The notes under the pieces were generated by a model that was given only the letters and a program-made list of their open reading frames with translations, had not been told where the DNA came from and searched no databases. The translations under genes were made by a program, and so were the position numbers. From NCBI RefSeq assembly GCF_006345805.1, contig NC_043006.1, positions 22,382,001 through 22,446,000 of the forward strand: a stretch of DNA of 64,000 bases, read 5' to 3'. The DNA is from Octopus sinensis (taxonomy: Eukaryota). Each line of letters begins with the position of its first letter. Positions within the stretch are counted from its first letter, which is position 1. Positions 60,659 to 64,000 of this stretch are shown here, piece by piece.

Positions 60659-61327
60659 TAACCCCTGAGCTATCATATTCCTGTTTAAGTACACCACCTT
60701 TGTTTCAATTCATTTTGAAAATAAAATAGAATTCAGTGAAAGCACTTTGTTGTTATGAAGCTGGTGTTTAGAACACAAATTTAACATAAAATTTCTATGG
60801 ATGTTTTTGATGGAAGATCATTTTAAAACAGTAAATCTGAATTATAGAACCAAGGGTGGTTTCAAGCAGGTTGGTATCAAAAGAGTTAAATCATTTTGGT
60901 ATCATAGTTCTGTTGAAAAAACACAGTCTTTGTTTCAATTTGGAAAATAATTAAAAAATTTAGTAAAATAACACTGTTATTATTAAGCCAGTGTTTGGGA
61001 AATGAATTAATATGAAATTTTGATGGAAGGGTTTTGGTTAGTTCGCTTTAACCCTTTAGTGTTTAAACCGGCCATATCTGGCCAAAATATTCTACCTATT
61101 TTATGTTCAAACTGGCCAGTTGTGGTCATTCATAGCTACCTTATTGTGTCATTTTAAAAATAAACAATCACATCATTGAAATCTCAAAGCCATGAAATGA
61201 TGCAAGATTAATTTTACATGGTGTGAATTTTACATTTTACAGAATAATCTGAATGCTAAAGGGTTAAAACAGAAAGTATTATAAACCCAAGGGTGGTCAC
61301 AAGCTGGTTGATATCAAAAGGGTTAAG
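60659..61327. mobile_element. Two tandem piggyBac-type MITEs (family P2) sharing a TTAA
   Basis: Right ends GGTTGGTATCAAAAGAGTTAA (~60889) and GGTTGATATCAAAAGGGTTAA (~61327); internal sequences colinear. Confidence 0.7.
61052..61263. mobile_element. piggyBac-type MITE P1 nested in P2
   Basis: TTAA|CCCTTTAG...CTAAAGGG|TTAA with an intact TSD. Confidence 0.88.
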
Positions 61328-61659
61328 GAACCAGAATATGGCTTGGCAAACTGCAACATTGAGGGGTTAATTGCGAATGATAGGGACATACTTTGCAACA
61401 CAGAAGACAGGATACATCCAACATTTGGGGCAGTAGGTTGACACCCTCATTACTCCACTAATAGTGACACTCCTCCCACGAGATCATGGAGAACTTAATG
61501 TCCCAGTAATGAGTCAGATTAAAATATCAGACTCCTTGGGTTCAGAAATCTAAGGTTGTTCCTTGTGACATTAATATTTCTCACAGATAAGGTCAATAGG
61601 TCACCATCCTAATTAAATAACAGCAACCTTGTATGCTACTGAGAACTTTTCTTTTTATG

Positions 61660-62029
61660 TATGTATGCATGCATGCATGTATGTATGTATGTATGTATGT
61701 ATGTATGTATGTATGTATGTATGTATGTATGTATGTATGTATGTATGTATGTATGCATTCACACATATATGCATGTATTAATGTATGTATGCATGCATAT
61801 ATATATATGCATATATGTATGTATATATACATACATAACTATAATGTATATATTAATGTATGTATGTACATATACCTATGCATATAAGTATGTATATTTT
61901 TATTAATGTGTGCTTCTATGCATGTGCATATATGTATGTATTTATGTATGCATATGTCTATACATGTATGATGTATATATGTCTGTCTGTCTGTCTGTAT
62001 GTCTGTCTGTCTGTCTGTATGTATGTATG

Positions 62030-62063
<34 letters not shown>

Positions 62064-62150
62064 TGTATGTATGTATGTATGTATGTATGTATGTATGTAC
62101 ATCTGTATGTATATTCATGCATGTACTTGTCTGTAAGTATGTATATCCTC
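61660..62150. repeat. (TATG)n compound microsatellite
   Basis: Direct. Confidence 0.96.
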
Positions 62151-62545
62151 TTCTGCTTTTAACTGTTTGAATTCTTCCTCTGAGAAAGAGCTGGTTCCTT
62201 ATAAAGATACAAAGCTCAATCTTTGGCATGTAGATAACAGAAATGATATCAAATTTTAGACTTAAGAAAAGTCTTGCATATTTTTACTGTTCCACTCACA
62301 AACTCTATTCATAATGTGCGAGTTAGCTGGTTGATTTCTTTTTCTGAAAGCCCTAGCTTATCCAGATTATCACTTAGACATTTATTCACAACATCCAGTG
62401 CACCAATTAAAATTGGTATAAATGTAAATTTATAATCTGGATATGGAAGCTGGTGGTTTTGAAGCAGTTGCTCACAGTTATCCTCTTTCTCTTTCATTTT
62501 CAAAGAGATGTTTACATCAGCTGGACAGCTGAGAGGGAGTATCAG
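62150..62545 (-). mobile_element. R4/Dong-like LINE 3' fragment ending in (ACAT)n
   Basis: SCPADVNISLKMKEKEDN.EQLL...PDYKFTFIPILIGALD; ORF and UTR homologous to 52800-53167. Confidence 0.85.
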
Positions 62546-62655
62546 TTAGAGGTATGGAGTCTTTGAGCACAAGCAAGTGGGGTATGCTGCTTTGAAGCAT
62601 TCAATCCATAAGCAAGACCCCCAAGTGCAGTGCTTGCAGAAACCTTGTAGGAAAT

Positions 62656-62888
62656 AGGGCAGCGAGCTGGCAGAATCATTAGTGCGCAGGGCGAAATGCT
62701 TAGCGGTATTTCGTCCGTCTTTCCATTCTGAGTTCAAATTCCGCCGAGGTTGACTTTACCTTTCATCCTTTCGGGGTCGATAAATTAAGTACCAGTTACG
62801 CACTGGGGTCGATGTAATCGACTTAAATCCTTTGTCTGACCTTGTATGTCCTCTCTATGTTTAGCCCTTTGTGGGCAATAAAGAAATA
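62656..62888 (+). mobile_element. SINE A1
   Basis: 18-bp TSD AGAAACCTTGTAGGAAAT. Confidence 0.93.
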
Positions 62889-62989
62889 AGAAACCTTGTA
62901 GGAAATGAAGTGCAATGTGTATGGGCAATTTTTCTCAAGAGCTGAGTTTATCAGCCAGCTAAAGCCACATGTGTCAGAGAGAAACTGAG

Positions 62990-63225
62990 GTGAGCTGGGA
63001 GAAACGTTAGCAAGCTGGGCGAAATGCTTAGCGGTATTTTGTCTGCTGTTATATTCTGAGTTCAAATTCTGCCAAGGTCGACTTTGCCTTTCATCCTTTT
63101 GGGATCGATAAATTAAATACCAGTTATACACTGGGGTCGATGTAATCGACTTAATCCAGTTGTCTGTCCTTGTTTGTCCCGTCTATGTTTCGCACCTTGT
63201 GGGCAATAAAGAGATAAGAAATAAG
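62990..63225 (+). mobile_element. SINE A1
   Basis: Full-length. Confidence 0.9.
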
Positions 63226-63269
63226 ATACTGAACTGCTTATTAGAGGGGTTATACTGACACTCTCTCAC

Positions 63270-63582
63270 TTACAATGACAAGGGTCCCAGTTTACCCAAT
63301 CAATGGAACAGCCTGCTTGTGAAATTAACTTGCAAGTGGCTGAGCATTCCACAAACATTCACACCTTTAACATAGTTCTCAGGAAGATTCAGTGTGATAC
63401 AGAATGAGATAAGGCTGGACCTTAGAAATGTAGGTACTACTCATTTTTGCCAGCTCAGTTGACTGGAGTAAAAATGAAATAAAGTGTCTTGCTCAAGGAC
63501 ACAATGCACTGCCAGGAATTGAACTCACGACCTTACGATGATGAGTTGAATACCCTAACCACTAAGCCACCTGCCTTCACAG
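63270..63582 (-). mobile_element. SINE with E head and C2-type tail
   Basis: E head and central domain joined to a C2 3' half. Confidence 0.8.
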
Positions 63583-63689
63583 AGGGGTTATACTTCCACA
63601 TGAACTACAGTACAATTGTATTGGAAAGAGAAGTGTCGTATCTGTGAACATTTCTGAAGAATTAAAACTGGGCTGAAAAGCCACATGCA

Positions 63690-63930
63690 GGCATCATCAT
63701 CATCATCATTGTTCGACCGTGGTCGAGACAATGGAATTTACCATGCTACGCCAGACTTCACGGTCCATCATAGCATTACGGAGGTCCTGTTGCTGGATGC
63801 CTGTATCCCTGGAGATTACATCAGGGTAGGAGAGTGTGCACCCTCTGGTATTGAGAGTAGATGGCTTCCAGAAGAGAAGAGTAGAAATTACCTCTTTTTT
63901 CAGCTCTACAACAATGTCCAGCAAACTGGA
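63690..63930 (-). mobile_element. RTE family R2x 3' end
   Basis: ORF 63706..63924 DVISRDTGIQQQDLRNAMMDREVWRSMVNSIVSTTVEQ, then (TGA)n. Confidence 0.88.
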
Positions 63931-64000
63931 CTCTCCTACCTTTCACAAGAGATGACACGGGTGGTAGTTTCCCATATATTTGCATTTTGGTTGGATGGCG

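Overview
Eukaryotic, extremely repeat-dense DNA that I infer is from an octopus (coleoid cephalopod), based on the mix of tRNA-headed SINE families, RTE/CR1/R4 LINE remnants and microsatellites. There is no intact protein-coding gene. Almost every long ORF in the supplied track is either a microsatellite artefact or a decayed transposon fragment (CR1, RTE, R4/Dong, Penelope-like, mariner, maT). The only host-gene signal is three small, phase-compatible candidate exons on the minus strand, at low confidence. The main unexplained signal is hammerhead ribozymes (HHRs). (i) A non-coding array of ~337-350 bp units at 32.0-33.2 kb, each with a type I HHR and with an inverted unit at its head, has the architecture of a retrozyme or Penelope pseudo-LTR, and one copy has a fully canonical core. 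(ii) A tRNA-headed (Pol III) SINE carrying a minimal HHR occurs twice. (iii) HHRs mark the ends of two Penelope-like remnants. (iv) A further family has a CUGUNGA core variant. Other highlights are an R4/Dong-like LINE family tied to (ACAT)n microsatellites, a SINE that inserts at GGT(A) and forms dimers with a fixed junction, modular head/tail swapping among SINEs, two SINE-plus-flank duplications and nested TTAA MITEs. Family labels A-E are my own; they probably overlap the described octopus OK/OR1/OR2 SINEs, but I could not verify the mapping. Element boundaries were read by eye and may be off by a few bases.
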